Shown here piece by piece: positions 12,544 to 25,826 of a stretch of 64,000 nucleotides of DNA. The position numbers were made by a program, and so were the translations under genes. Below the pieces are notes generated by a model. The model was not told the DNA's origin, did not search any database, and was given only the letters and a program-made list of their open reading frames with translations. The stretch comes from Camelus ferus (lineage: Eukaryota), in contig NC_045697.1 in NCBI RefSeq assembly GCF_009834535.1, forward strand, positions 49,292,001 through 49,356,000, given 5' to 3'. How positions within the stretch are numbered: the stretch's first letter is position 1; every line of letters begins with the position of its first letter.

Positions 12544-14459
12544 CTACCAAAACCCTTCTTAAAACAGAAACAATCATATGTTATCCAGAAATGTAAGATT
12601 CTTTAAACAATTTCACCTTGTATTTCAAGAGGCATACAGCCACCTGTCATTACACAGAACTGTTCTGAAAACATATTTTAGTAAGTAGTTGTGGAGGACA
12701 GCTATCTCTTTTTTTAAGGGGACTTCCTAGGTTCAAACTCCCTCCTTACTCAGGGAAAATTCCTTATTATGTGAGTTTGGAAGGAGGCCAAAAGGTAGAA
12801 GCCAAAGGAAGGAGTTCCTCCCTGGTAGATAGAATAAGGTCTCAACCAGACCACTCCTTCCCTAGACTTTGACTACATCTAGCACCACAAAGATGCTATC
12901 ACCAAGAAATGTTTAAAGAGGCATACTGTAAGTCTTTTAACAGTGGATCCTAACACGTTCCTGTAACATGACTTAGGCTAGTCCTTCCTGCCACCTAGCA
13001 GCTTTAGGTTTTTCTACATTTTTCAAGTCTAATTCTTCAGTCTTCCTGTAGATTCTTTAACTATCAATTAAATTCCTTTCCTGCAGAAGCTAGCCAGAGT
13101 TAGTTTCCCTGCATGTATCCAAAAATCTCAGCTGTTACAGCACTCTTATATAGACATCTACACATCTCAAAAATGAAAATAGTTACACAATTACCAAAAA
13201 ATCGGTTATTTCTGTTTATTTGAAAACAAAAGGACAATTTAAATTCATCTTTTGTGTATCCTTCTCATTGATATCAAAGAACCAACTATAAAGCACATCA
13301 GAGAATGCACAGAAAATAGCAGAGGAGGATGCCTGGAACGTAACAGGCCCTCCTACTGACTAGCTTTTTGACTGGTGCCTACAAGCAAAAATGAGAAACC
13401 AAAATGTTACCTAGGGGATTTGTATATAAATTTGTATATTTATTCCATGATAATATAATATATAGTATAAATATTATATATACATGTATCATAAATCTGT
13501 AACTTTCTGCATAGAAATGGGACTTCTATATGAATTCCCTGGATAATTTTAAGACCTGCATCTATTATTTGGTATTTCCAGTGATTTTTTTGGAGTATCT
13601 TTAAAAATAAAAATTCACTGAGTAAGGGCTATATGATAAATTTGGTATTTTTTAAAGTAAAGCAGTATAGACCACCAGTACATTATTAGTGAGAAACAAC
13701 ATATACTTAAATTTCTTCACAACAAAATGAACTAATGAAAGAATTAACATACTTGAGCCAAGCTCCTTCTTATCTCAGTACGTTTACACATACTATTCCC
13801 TTCGTCCATTCCTTCACTAAAGCTAATGCCTACTTGTCACTTGTATCTCAGCTTAAATGACATTTTCTCCAAGAGGTCATCTTTGAAACCACCCCTTCAA
13901 TCTAAACTAAATTAGGTGTCCTATTTGTTTTTGTAACACTCTACTTCTTCATGACACTATTTGCTGCAAATAAAAAAGTATTCCTGTGCCTGGCAGATAA
14001 CAAACCCTCAATAAATAAGAATAGGATGACTGAACTGCAATAGAAACTATGGGGAAACGGACCCACAGCAGAGGAATGTCAAGAAGGAATGCACAATTGT
14101 AGGAAAGTATAAGGTGAGTTTTGAAAATCATAATTAGATTGGTTTGGCTGGAAAGATGAAGGACATCAAATATCTACCTAAAAAAAATCTTGAATTGTGC
14201 CCTCTATAAAATGAGTATTCATTAAATGCTAATGAACAAGAAAATGACCCTATCCAAGTTATTCTAAATTATGTAGGGATGATGTAAAAGGCTGGTTGGA
14301 ACTGGGAAAGCTTGGGAAATGGAATATGTTGCCATAGCTCAGGTCTATCTTTACCAAACTTCAAGTCATTCTCAAACCACTGTTACAATTTTTTTAGCAT
14401 ATTTTTGATCAATCTTCATTATTTTTTACAAGTTCTGTGTACCACCTTTACTTTGCTTA

Positions 14460-14880
14460 CATTTGCAAAACAACATTATTCACAACAGCCAAAAGGCAGA
14501 AACACCCAAATGTCCATCAATGTAGTATTATTCAGCCATAAATAAAGGAATAAAATACTGATACATGCTACAACATGAATGAACCCTGAAAACACGCTCA
14601 GTAAAAACAGCCAGATGCAAAAGGCAACCTACTGTATGATTTCATTTATTTGAAACATTCAGTATAGGCAGATCCATAAAAACAGAAAGCAGATTAACGG
14701 TTGTCAGTGCCTGCTGGAAGGAAGCAATGGATACAGAGTTTCTGCTTGGAGTGAAGATGAAGTTCTGGAACTAGAGACAGTGATGATTATACAACATTGT
14801 GAATATACTTAATGCCACTGAATTTTATACTTTTAAATGATTAAAATGGTAACTTTTATGTTATGTGTGTTTTACTGCAA
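14460..14880 (+). mobile_element. Old L1M (L1MB-like) 3' end
   Basis: Typical L1M 3'UTR motifs: aaatgtccatcaa, gatacatgctacaacatgaatgaacc, ttgtgaatatacttaatgccactgaatt. Confidence 0.75.
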
Positions 14881-16729
14881 TAATAATGGCTAAAATAAGA
14901 TGGTAATGGTGAAAACAAATACAATGAAATTACATTTCAAAACGAATCAATAAGACAGTGATAGACTGCATGTGAAGGCTGAAGCAGAGGACAGAAATCA
15001 AGGAAAATGCTAAGGATTTGAATCTGAAGTAGAGGCAGTGAAAGGATCAAAGAAAAAAATCTGAGGTTTTGAAGTTTAAAAGACTAGTACTGCCACTAAC
15101 AGTAATAGGTAGATCAGAGGAGGTTATGGTTTAGCAAAGAAAGCTGCAGGTTTGGTTTTAAATATATGGAACCTGAGATGCCAAATATTCACAGTGATTT
15201 AGAAGTCCAGAACTGTTTCTTCTAATTAACCAAGAGGAGCTTTCAAACAGATGTAGTAGTTCTGGATAATACTGGTAGAAAAGGAAAAATTATATTTCAT
15301 TATTTTTGTTTATTGAGTACAGTACTTATATACCCAAATAGAATTAATATACCTTGTTCGTAAAAGATTTCCAGAACCAACAAATATAAATCTTTTTTGA
15401 TGTATCCAGTGCATTCCATGGATTATAAATAACAGTACATTCAAACACACACAACTGTTTGGGGTTTTGTCTGTTTGTTTTTTCGAGGGGGATTGGCAAG
15501 GCAGTGTTAGTTGCTTCTTCTTGCCTTGTCTACAAATTCTGAGACTGAGATCATTATGTACACTGCAATTATAGTTTCACTTAAGTACCAAAGAAAGATA
15601 ACTACACTTGCTGGAAATTCTGGCACCATAAATACAGATATAGTTGCTTGGTGCTGCTCAATAAGCTGCTACTATACTGGAAATACCCTGAGTTAAATCA
15701 CAGACTTTACATGATTTCCCATAAATCATGACTTTGCCTTTTTCTGTGAATTGTTCACAAAGAAAAGACAAATTGTCAATAAAAGCTTGAAAAAAAAACT
15801 AAAATATGATCTAAAATATAGTGACATGCACTACTGAACTACATCATATTGAACTACATTCTTAAGAGTCCTCACCCCCAAAAAGACAACTAACAATGAA
15901 TCAAAATTAAAACTAGATATTTTCTAAAGCTTCTGATTAAAAATGGAACAAAATATTTATAAAATTCACATATACTTTATTTAAATCTCTGATTTATGGG
16001 AAGGAAGGGGGGATGCACCATACTTAACAAAATACACTTACTTTTATGGTGCTCTCACTATAGTTATCATATACACTTATCTTATTAAGGTATCAATATC
16101 ATATATACTTACCTCCTATATATATATATATGTATCTTTTATAGTTATTTCCTGTCCCAAATGATTAAGTCTGTCACATTTGTAAAAGTCCTTCCAAATG
16201 CATGAATTCAGAAATACAGCACTCTATTTCAAGGTATGTTCTCTGTCATCTACAGCAATATCCAAAAAAAGACCAGGTCTGCCCCTACCTCTCCCATGAC
16301 CACAGGCCTCTCTTCAACAAAGCCATATGCCCATGGCCTACCTGCCCTGACTTCATCAAATCCCAGGTTGTCACAAGATTCTGAAAATAAAATCATCTAA
16401 ATTGTCTTTTATATGTCAACCAAACAACAAATATATCTATACCTATACACCCATACACACACATTCATACACATATATTCTATTCAGCCCATTAAAGATG
16501 ATAGTAGGAAACAAAGCAATGATTAGGGACCTCTTGTCATTTATACTTCAAATAACAGTACCTGAAAGTACAATCCCTATCACATTAAATTTCTTTAATT
16601 TACCCCCTTTCAATCCTATCTCTGTGAGTAAACTTCAGGACCCAATTAGCTCTTGTCCAGACTACTGTTAAGAACCTCCCTGGTCTCCCTGCCTCAGTCT
16701 TCCACCCTCCAATAATGCTTCAAAATAAC

Positions 16730-17032
16730 CTCTGACAAAGACTCTCTTCCTTGAGCAACCTTTAGTTTGTTCTTCTGAACCTCTTCTTCAGTAGGTTTCC
16801 ATGTTTGTCTTTGGAGAATCCACTTTTAGCAAGAATCCTACTAAGTCACTTTACCAAGAATCCTCCACCCTTTATATCTAATCACTCTTGATATCTGGTC
16901 AAACTCCTCATCTCCCACCATCACCCAGTGATACCACTCTGACTTGTATTCAACAAGAATTCTATTAGGTCAGTTTAGCAAAAATTACCTTACTCCCTTA
17001 GTAATTTTCCATCCGCTAATCCCCTGTTCCAC

Positions 17033-17067
<35 letters not shown>

Positions 17068-17160
17068 TCCTCGGCTATAAATCCCTACTTTTCCATGGAG
17101 CATTCAGAATTGATCTTCTAGCCATCCACTTTGATAAATTCTATTATTTCTAAAACTTAG
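16730..17160 (+). mobile_element. Degenerate ERV solo LTR (MER34/MER39-like)
   Basis: Repeated (c)agtttagcaagaatcc-type motifs and a TATA box CTATAAAT at 17076-17083. The family was assigned from recall. Confidence 0.55.
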
Positions 17161-18061
17161 TAAACCTGGGGGGGTGGTTATTTAGACAATCTCCTATGCA
17201 AAATTTTATTTCTTCTCTTCCAATTCTTATCGTTTGAATTTCTTTCTTTCTTTTTCAGGCTAGGACCTATAGCACAAAGAAGAAAAATGAGAAATCGTCT
17301 TCTGTCTTGTTTTGTAAATTCACAGCATACTCTTATTCATCAAAGGTAAGCTATGTTACCTATATAAGCCCTTTCCTAAGAATAAATGCTGCATGATTTC
17401 AACCCTCTGTTCCACCAGGAGAGTCATGCCTATGGTTGGTGAATGCTGCAGACTAACAGATACATCTGACCACACAAATAACTACATCATCCAGAGGGAA
17501 AATACTATTTGCTGCACCTAGGAGATAAGCTGAAACTCGGCCAGAAAGCTGGCTATATTTTTGAAATGTTGGCCAGTGAAAAATTCATTTAGACTTGTTA
17601 AAATATCTTTTTAATAATCTGTCATCTTTAGAACATCCTGAAAGGTGGATAGGTTAGGTTTTATAATGCATATCTGAAACTAAGAAAACTGAAGCATAGA
17701 CAGACCTAACAATCAGTTGAAGATCACAGAGCAAGTGAGAGACCAAACTATATACTGCTATTCCTAGATTCACAACCCATTTCATCATCCCTTCAAGTGT
17801 GAGAAAAGCAAAACGCTGCATGGTGTAAATATGCATGCAAACAGAAGTCATTCTCAGGCTTTCCCAAGCATGATGATTTTTAAGTATATTTCACTCACTT
17901 TGCCCTGGCTGTGAATGATGAGACACAGAGGTAACCAAAGTGTGTAGCTAGTATTACCACACACTCTTAGCTAAGGGAATCTTTGGCAATTCAGTAAAAA
18001 CCATGAAAGGCAAAGCTTTCCCCCTCTCCCATACTTCCAAGGTGTACTGTACATCAGCTGA

Positions 18062-18254
18062 GGGGATTCCCAGTCTACAGAAATCACTGAACTCCTTCTG
18101 CTCACTTTTTAGGAAATTTCTTCTAAGCACAGTAGTTTCTCGGAAAGCATTTTTTTTCTAGGTCTGTAATAAGTCTTGTTAGGGCAGACTGTTTCTTTTT
18201 GGCCTGATGCCACAAAGTCTTAAAGATAAACCAACAGCAAAGGAAACTGAAACT
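18062..18254. promoter_or_regulatory. Candidate intergenic IFN/NF-kB enhancer
   Basis: kB GGGGATTCCC at 18062-18071, GAS TTCTCGGAA at 18137-18145 and ISRE GGAAACTGAAACT at 18242-18254. Confidence 0.65.
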
Positions 18255-19629
18255 AAAGATGGAGTATTTCCTTAATTCTTGTTTTCTTTCAAAACTAGAC
18301 TCAGATCAGTGAATATTAAGAAAGTTAATATATCAAAAGCTTTGCAAAAATTGAAATACAAATTTTAAGAGTTATAATTTAGATTTCCATTCAAATGATT
18401 CACATAAGGTTGGCTGTGGATGTAACAAGTAATAGTTGTCTTGCTATTGTCTCTAAAGTCTGATTTTTCTTTTCTGAATTCTCCACATTGACCACTTACA
18501 TTTCTCTCCTGAGCAGATCCCCATTCAAAACAAGAACAGTCCTTTGTTTGGATTCTGTTTTTACCAGAAGACATTCTGATTACTCATTCAACTTCCCAGG
18601 TTCTCTGATAATGGGAAAGGGTGACTTGGATATCAGACGCAATCATCCTACTCACTGTAAGGTCCTCATTATAAATGAATAAACTGTCTTTTTAATTTGC
18701 ATGAGTCTCTTGTAGATTTCTCTTGTTGTGGTTGCACAACGATGTGAATTAACTCTTTGAGACCGTGTTTACCCTGGATGATTAGGAAAAAATGAGAAGT
18801 TCTGGACCTGTAAAACTGAGGACCAGATCCTTACAGAACCCTAACAAGGTATTACCATCCCAATGAGGCTGTACTATTCTGCCTGTTTGATCGGCATCTC
18901 TGTATACCATTTTTTGTGGTATTTCTTGAATTGCGTATGATCTCCCTTCCTGGCCACTTGTCTAAGTACAATTCACATTTAGAGGTTCATCTGAGTATTT
19001 TTGGTCTTAATGAATACATTCTCCTGTGAACCCCCATATTATTCACTGTCTATACCACTCACTTGGCACTAATCATACAGTTGCTTTTATTGATATTTAT
19101 TGTTTCGTATGTGTCAGTGTCTCTATTTAGAATGCAAGTCCATCAAGGACAGAAATTGGATCTTATCCTTCCTAGCATTCCCTGAGAATAGCTGTGGTTA
19201 GCTTGGTTCCCTACACAAAGTACACAGACAGTAATGAGAATAAGCACAGCTCTCCTCATTCTTCTGCTTCCAATACTATGCACAATCACATAGATAATGG
19301 GCACTGAAGAGATTTGCATTCCTTCATTCATTCAATGCATAATTACAGGTGCACCACCCTTTGTACATTTATATTTACCCCACAGTCCTAGGAATGAAGA
19401 TTCTGGCCAATAGCTAGCTGAGAATATCTGTATTGACTCTATCTATTTGAATCTATGCTATCTTCTGGGGAAATTACAGTTTTCTTAGGTTAAACTTAGT
19501 TCCTAAAGCTAGAGAAAACAGTAATACCCATATCCTAATGTAGAAATGTGATGAGTCAGTGGAAGTTCTTTTTGAAGATGTGTAATTCTTATTTATGCTG
19601 TTTCTTAAAGTCTGAAAAAAAAATTTATA

Positions 19630-20640
19630 CATATATCCATCCATCCAATAGTTGCTGGATACCTTCCATATGCCAGGTGATGTTTGAGTTGCTGGGGATG
19701 AGCTGTGAATAAGACTGATGAGGTCCCTGCTCTTTGGGGGCTCACATTTCTGTGTGAAAAAATAGACATTAAAAAATGAAACTAACCAAATTTTAAGAAA
19801 GTGAAAAATGTCAAAGAATTAAAATAACATCGTGGCTGCTCTAGATTGTTTGGTAAGAGAAGATACTATTTAGCTAAAATCCAAATGTCCAGAAAGAACT
19901 ACAAATGCAAAGAATAAGGGAAAAAGCATTCCAGATAAAGAAAATCCCTAGTGTTAAGGGCCTCTGTGACTGGAGTATAGTGGCTGAGAGGGAACAATGT
20001 GAGATGAGGCTATAGAAATCAGTAGCAGTCAGATCATAGAGGACTTAGTAAAACAGGATACAAAACTGGACTTAATACTAAATATAACTAAGTTGTTGAA
20101 GGGCCTTAAGCAGAAGAGTGGCATGATGACTTATGCTTTAAAAATATCACTCTGTTCTACTATAGAAATCTAAGAGAAATGAAAGCTTATGTCCAGAAAA
20201 TGATTTATACAAAAATGTTCATAGAAGCCTTAAATATAGTAACTAAAATCTGGACACAGTTCAAATGACCATCAACAAGAGAATGGATAAACCAACTGGT
20301 ATGTTTGTGTAATGGAATACTATGCAGAAATGAAGAGGAAAAATTACTGATTCACACAACTACACAGATGAATCTAGAAAACATTATCCTGAACAAAAGA
20401 AGCCTTGCACAAAAAAGACAAATCTACGTGAAGCAAAAGTAAATGAGTGGTTACCTAGGGCTGGCAAGAGTGGGAAGTTAGAAGGTGATGGCTAAAGGAT
20501 GTGGACTTTCTTTTTGCAGTGGTGTGTTTTTTAAATTGATTGTGGTGATGGCTGCACAACTCTTTCAATACATTAAAAGTCACTGATCTGTACACCTTAA
20601 ATGGGTTAATTGTATATTTGTAAATTATATCACCATAAAG
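19630..20640 (+). mobile_element. LINE-2 remnant followed by an old L1M 3' end
   Basis: L2-like motifs at 19630-20150 (atgtgaataagac...gtccctgctc, cagatcatagagg) and L1M 3'UTR motifs at 20160-20640. Confidence 0.6.
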
Positions 20641-20769
20641 CCATTTTTTAACAAACAGAGAATTATATGCTAGGAAATATCTGTTTAACACAAAAGCCAG
20701 TAGTAACAGAGGAACAGAAAAGCAGAAAAGACAAGACATATAGAAAATACAAAGCAAAACGGCAGATTG

Positions 20770-21960
20770 TGTGGGTGAAGCCGGGTCCTGGGGTTAGTAT
20801 CAGACTACTGGCAAGCAGAGCTGGTTCCCCAAGTCCGGTTGCAAGGCCTGGGAATCCTAGAGCTCATTTCAGAGTGTTGGTGGGAAGGCTGGTTCCCGAC
20901 ACAGTTGGGTATGGGCCTGGGGTGTCCTAAAGCTTGTGTCAGCCTGCTAGTAGACAGGACCAAGGCCCAGCTGGTCCCAGGGTAGGGTCTGGCCCTGGCC
21001 TGCTGTGGACAGGCCGGGTCTACAGGCTGCAGGATCATAGTTTTCTTGTCATCTGTTGTCTGCTCCCAGGTGAGTGAGGCTTGTTGAGAGGCTAGTGCAG
21101 GCTTCCTGGAGGGAAGGGCAGGTACCTGCCCACTGGTGGGTAGAGCTCGGTCTTGGTCCTCTGGTGGGCAAGGCCATGACCAGGGGCATGTCTAGAGGCA
21201 GCTGTGGGCTTAGGAAGTCCTCAGGCAGCCAGTCTGCTGATGCGTGGGGCTGTGTCCCCACTCAGTTAATTGGCCTGAGGCGTCCCAGCACTGGTGCCTA
21301 CAGGCTGTTGGGTGGTGCTAGGTCTTGGCACTAATAAGCAAAGATGGCAGCACCAGCATCAGTATTTATGCAGTAGGATGTTCCCAAATATGGCTGCTAC
21401 CAGTGTTGATGTCCCCAGCATGAGCTGCAGCCACCCCCCACCTCTTGTGGAGACTCTCCAAGACCAGTAGATAGGTCTGGCCTAGGCTCCTGTCAAACTA
21501 CTAATTTTACCCTGGGTCCCAGTACACATGAAATTTTGTGTGTGCTCTTTAAGAGTGAAGTCTCTATTTCCCCTACTCCTCTGGGGCTCCTAAAATTAAG
21601 TCCTAAGCCTTCAAAGTCTAGTGCTCTGGGGGGTTCATCTTCCTGGTGCCAGACCCCTGGGCTGAGGAGCCTGACATGGGACTCAGAACTCTCACTCCTG
21701 TGGGAAACCCTCTGCAGTGTAATTATTCTTCAGTTGTAGGCTGCCCACCCAGAGGTGTGGGATGTCATTATATTGTGAGTTTGCCCCTCCTACTCATCTC
21801 ATTGTGGTTCCTTCTTTGTGTCTTTAGTTGTAGAAGATCTTTTCCGGTAGGTTCCAGTCTTTTTCATTGATGATTGTTTTGCAGATGGTTGTGATTTTAG
21901 TGTGTTTGTGAGAGAAGGTGAGCACAGGGTTTTTCTACTCTGCCATCTTGGCCCCAACCC
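20770..21960 (-). mobile_element. GC-rich L1 5'UTR fragment lying inside an older plus-strand L1M ORF2 start
   Basis: Ends in ttctactctgccatcttgg (YY1-type, 21942-21949), like the other L1 5' ends in this window. The flanks at 20650-20770 and 21961-22190 read as a continuous degraded L1M ORF2 start. Confidence 0.6.
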
Positions 21961-22729
21961 TCCAGAATGGATTTTTAAAAACATGATCCAACTGTACACC
22001 TTTTACAAGAGACATAACTTAGATTCAATGACACAAATAGGTTACAAGTTAAAGAATAGAAAAAGATGTATCACGCTAACAGTAACCAAGAGAGCTGGAG
22101 TAGACAGATGGTACACTTAACAGACGAGACAAAAAATTATTAGGAAAGACAAAGAAGGATAATTTATAGTGATTCAGTAAGTTATGGCAGTTAAAAATAA
22201 TATAAAAACATTTGGATGGCATGTATATTTCTGATGAAAAGAACAGTTGAGTACGCTGATGAATACAATCGAGGAGTTGTCTAAGCTGCAGAAATAACAA
22301 GCTGCTGAATGATAAGATCTACTTGTGGCATTTTAAAAACTGCAATAGCCCAATTCTTAAAGAAACAAAATTTACATATTTTAACACAATTAGAATACAA
22401 ATATCATAATTAAGAAGAAATAAATGTCTATTTCCCCCAGTCACAAACATCCCAGGATATACAACGCTCAATCTAATCTAAAACAAATTCAACTGAACAG
22501 GCTCAGTTTCAGGCAAGAAAATTACCTTCTAAAAATACTGTAATAAACATGTATCTATGTGATTGTTTTCTGGCTAACACATGTGTACATATATATATAT
22601 ACTATAGCATTTTCATTTCAGTATGAAATTCAGTGTAAAATAGATTCATCTTAAACCTTTTCTAAGTGTTTAATTACTGAGGTACCAGAATAACGTCAAA
22701 GATGGCCTCAAACAATTAAGATGAGACAG

Positions 22730-25252
22730 AATGGTGTGAGGGAGTAATCTAACTTCATTAATTTATATGCTACTATCGAGTTTTCCCAACACCACTTGCT
22801 AACGAGACTGTCTTTTCTCCATTGTATATTCTTGCCTCCTTTGTTGAAAATTAATTGACCATACATCTGTGAGTTTATTTCTGGGCTCTCTATTCTGTTC
22901 CATTGATCCATATGCCTGTTTTTATGCCAGTACCATGCTGCTTTGATTACTGTAGCTCTGTAGTATTGTCTGAAGTCTGAGAGGGTTATTCCCCCAGCCT
23001 CATTCTTTTTCTTCAGCAATGCTTTGGCAATTCTGGGTCTTCTGTGATTCCACATAAATTTTATTATTATTTGTTCTAGTTCTGTGAAATATATCCTGGA
23101 TAATTTGATAGAGATTGCTTTAAATCTGTAGATTGCCTTGGGTAGTATGACCATTTTAACAATATTGATTCTTCCAATCCAAGAGCATGGGATACCTTTT
23201 AATTTCTTTAAGTCATCTTTAGTTTCCTTAATAAATGCTTAGTAGTTCTCCATGTATAAGTCTTTCACTTCCTTGGTCAGATTTATTCCTAAGTATTTTA
23301 TTGTTTTGGATGTGATTTTAAAAGCAACTGTTTCTTTATTTTCTTTCCTGTTATTTCGTTGTTAGTGTAAAGAAATGCAACTGATTTCTGTATGTTAATC
23401 TTGTATCCTGCTATCTTGTCAAATTCTTTTATCAGCTCTAGTAGTTTTTGTGTGGAGCTTTTAGGGTTTTCTATATATAGTATCATGTCATCCACATACA
23501 GTGACAATTTTACCTCTTTTCTTCCAATTTGGATCCCTTTTATTTCTTTTTCTTGCCTGATTGCTAGGACTTCCCAGACTATGTTGAACAGAGGTGGTGA
23601 GAGTGGGCATCCTTGTCTTAGTATTTTTAGTGAGAAGGCTTTGAGATTTTTCACTGTTGAGTATTATACTGGCTGTGGGTTTATCATAAATAGCTTTTAT
23701 TATGTTGAGATATGTTCCCTCTACACCCACTTTGATAAGAGTTTTGTCATAAATGGGTGCTGAATTTTATCAAATGCTTTTTCCGCATCTGTTGAGATGA
23801 TAATGTAGTTTTGTCCTTCCTTTTGTGGATGTGGTGTTATCACATTGAATGAATTGCGTATGTTGAACCATCTTGGTGTCCCTGGGATGAATCCAATCTG
23901 ATCATGATGTACGATCTCTTTTATGTGCTGCTGGATGCTGTTTGCTGAACACTTCCTCACACCAGACACAAAAATAAACTTAAAATGGCTTAAAGACTTA
24001 AATATAAGACAAGACATGATAAACCTCCTAGAAGAAAATAAAGGCAAAACATTCTCTGACATAAATCTCAGCAATGTTCTCCTTGGGGCACTCTACCCAG
24101 GCAACAGAAATAAAAGTAAAAATTAACAAATGGGATCTAAAACTTACAAGCTTTTGCAGAACAAAGGAAACAATAAGTAAAACAAAATGACAACCTATGG
24201 AATGGTAGAAAATATTTGCAAATCATGCGACTGACAAAGGTTTAATTTCCAGAATATATAAACAGCTCATACAACTTAATAACAAAAAACCAAACAACTC
24301 AATCCAAAAATGGGCAGAAAACCTAAACAAGCAACTCTCCGATGAAGACATACAAATGGCCAATAAGCACATGAAAAAAATGCTCAATATTGCTAATTAT
24401 CAGAGAAATGCAAATCAAACCTACAATGAGGTTATCACCTCACACCAGTCAGAATGGCCATCATTCAAAAGTCCACAAATGATAAATTCTGGAGAGGGTG
24501 TGAAGAAAAGGGAACTCCCCCTACACTGTTGGCAGGAATGTAGTTTGGTGCAGCCATTATGGAAAACAGTACGGAAATTCCTCAAAAAAATAAAATTAGA
24601 CTTATCATACAATCCGGCAATCCCCCTCCTGGGCATGTACCTGGAGGGAACTCTAATTCGAAAAGATACATGCATCCCAATGTTCACAGCAGCACTATAT
24701 ACGTTAGCCAAGACATGGAAACAACCTAAATGTCCATCGACAGATGACTGGATAAAGTTGTGGTATATTTATACAATGGAATACTACTCAGCCATAAAAA
24801 ATAAAATAATGTCATTTGCAGCAACATGGATGGACCTGGAGATTGTCATTCTAAGTGAAGTAAGCCAGAAGGAGAAAGAAAAATACCATATGATATCACT
24901 CATATGTGCAATCTAAAAGAAAAGTAAAAAAGAGGACACTAAAGAACTCATCTACAAAACAGAAACAGACTTGCAGACATAGTAAACAATCTTATGTTAC
25001 CAGGTGAAAGGGGGTAGGAAAGAATAAATTTGGGAGTTTGAGATTTGCAAATGTTAGCCACTATATATAAAAATAGATTTTAAAAAACAAGTTTCTTCTA
25101 TATAGTGCAGGGAACTATATTCAGTATCTTGTAATAACTTTTAATGAAAAAGATATGAAAGCAAATTTATGTACGTATATTCGTGACTGGGACATTGTGC
25201 TATACACTGGAAATTAACACATTATAACTGACTGTACTTCAATTAAAAAAAA
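22730..25252. mobile_element. LINE-1 with 5' inversion (twin priming)
   Basis: 22730-23946 is ORF2 RT region on the minus strand. 23947-25252 is the following ORF2 3' part plus 3'UTR and A-tail on the plus strand. TSD-like flanks are GAGACAGAATGG and AAGAGAGAATGG. Confidence 0.93.
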
Positions 25253-25647
25253 GAGAGAATGGAAATTGGAAATCAAAATCAAGAACAATGTTCTCTCTGG
25301 AGAGGCAGCATAACAAAGTTGTTGAGAAAATGGACTCTAGAGCTAGAGTTACTGGGTAACATAAGTTACCATTTAAGGATTAAATAAGTTAACGTCCATA
25401 AAGCACTTCAAACAACACCTGGCATATAGTTAATGCTATGAAATATTTAATTAAAAATCAATTAAACTAATAAGAAATATTTTCTCATTAATAACAGAAC
25501 ACTGGCAGGCATCTACCTCAACTCTCCTTTTACTTTACTATATAGACAACATCTTAGCTGAGAACTTAGATACTAACAAAAGTTAAATTACCATCATGTA
25601 TTTTTTTATTGTTTAATACTGAACTGTTCAGTTCAATATTCCATCCA

Positions 25648-25826
25648 TGATGTCAGACACTTCCCGGAAAATGTTTGGAATTTTTATTCACAGTTCAATT
25701 TTCATTCTGCACAAATAGCTATGGGAGAGCCCTTCCACATCACTGTCTCTCACAAAACTTTCCCTCATCAGAAGAAAGCCTTTTTGCTGGGTGAAAGTCT
25801 TCTGGGTTCTATGAGCCTCTGACTCA
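25648..25826. promoter_or_regulatory. Candidate distal CXCL10 enhancer (about 2 kb upstream)
   Basis: TGATGTCA at 25648-25655, GAS TTCCCGGAA at 25661-25669, kB-like AAAACTTTCCC at 25754-25764 and AP-1 TGACTCA at 25820-25826. Confidence 0.55.

Noticed and set aside
15705..15840. Minus-strand GAAATCAT|GTAAAG, matching the CXCL9 exon 2 end
   Set aside because: There are no Cys codons in register and no convincing acceptor at the expected distance, so it is likely chance.
17240..17352. Exon-like segment with a strong plus-strand acceptor and donor downstream of an LTR
   Set aside because: It resembles a degraded antisense L1 fragment and has no coding similarity. Its use cannot be supported without RNA data.
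17654..17851. Minus-strand ORF containing FLTLEG (CXCL9 has FLTLIG) downstream of the 18.1-kb motif cluster, a possible third pseudogene
   Set aside because: There is no phase-1 donor at the expected position, and no matching exon 2 or 3 was found.
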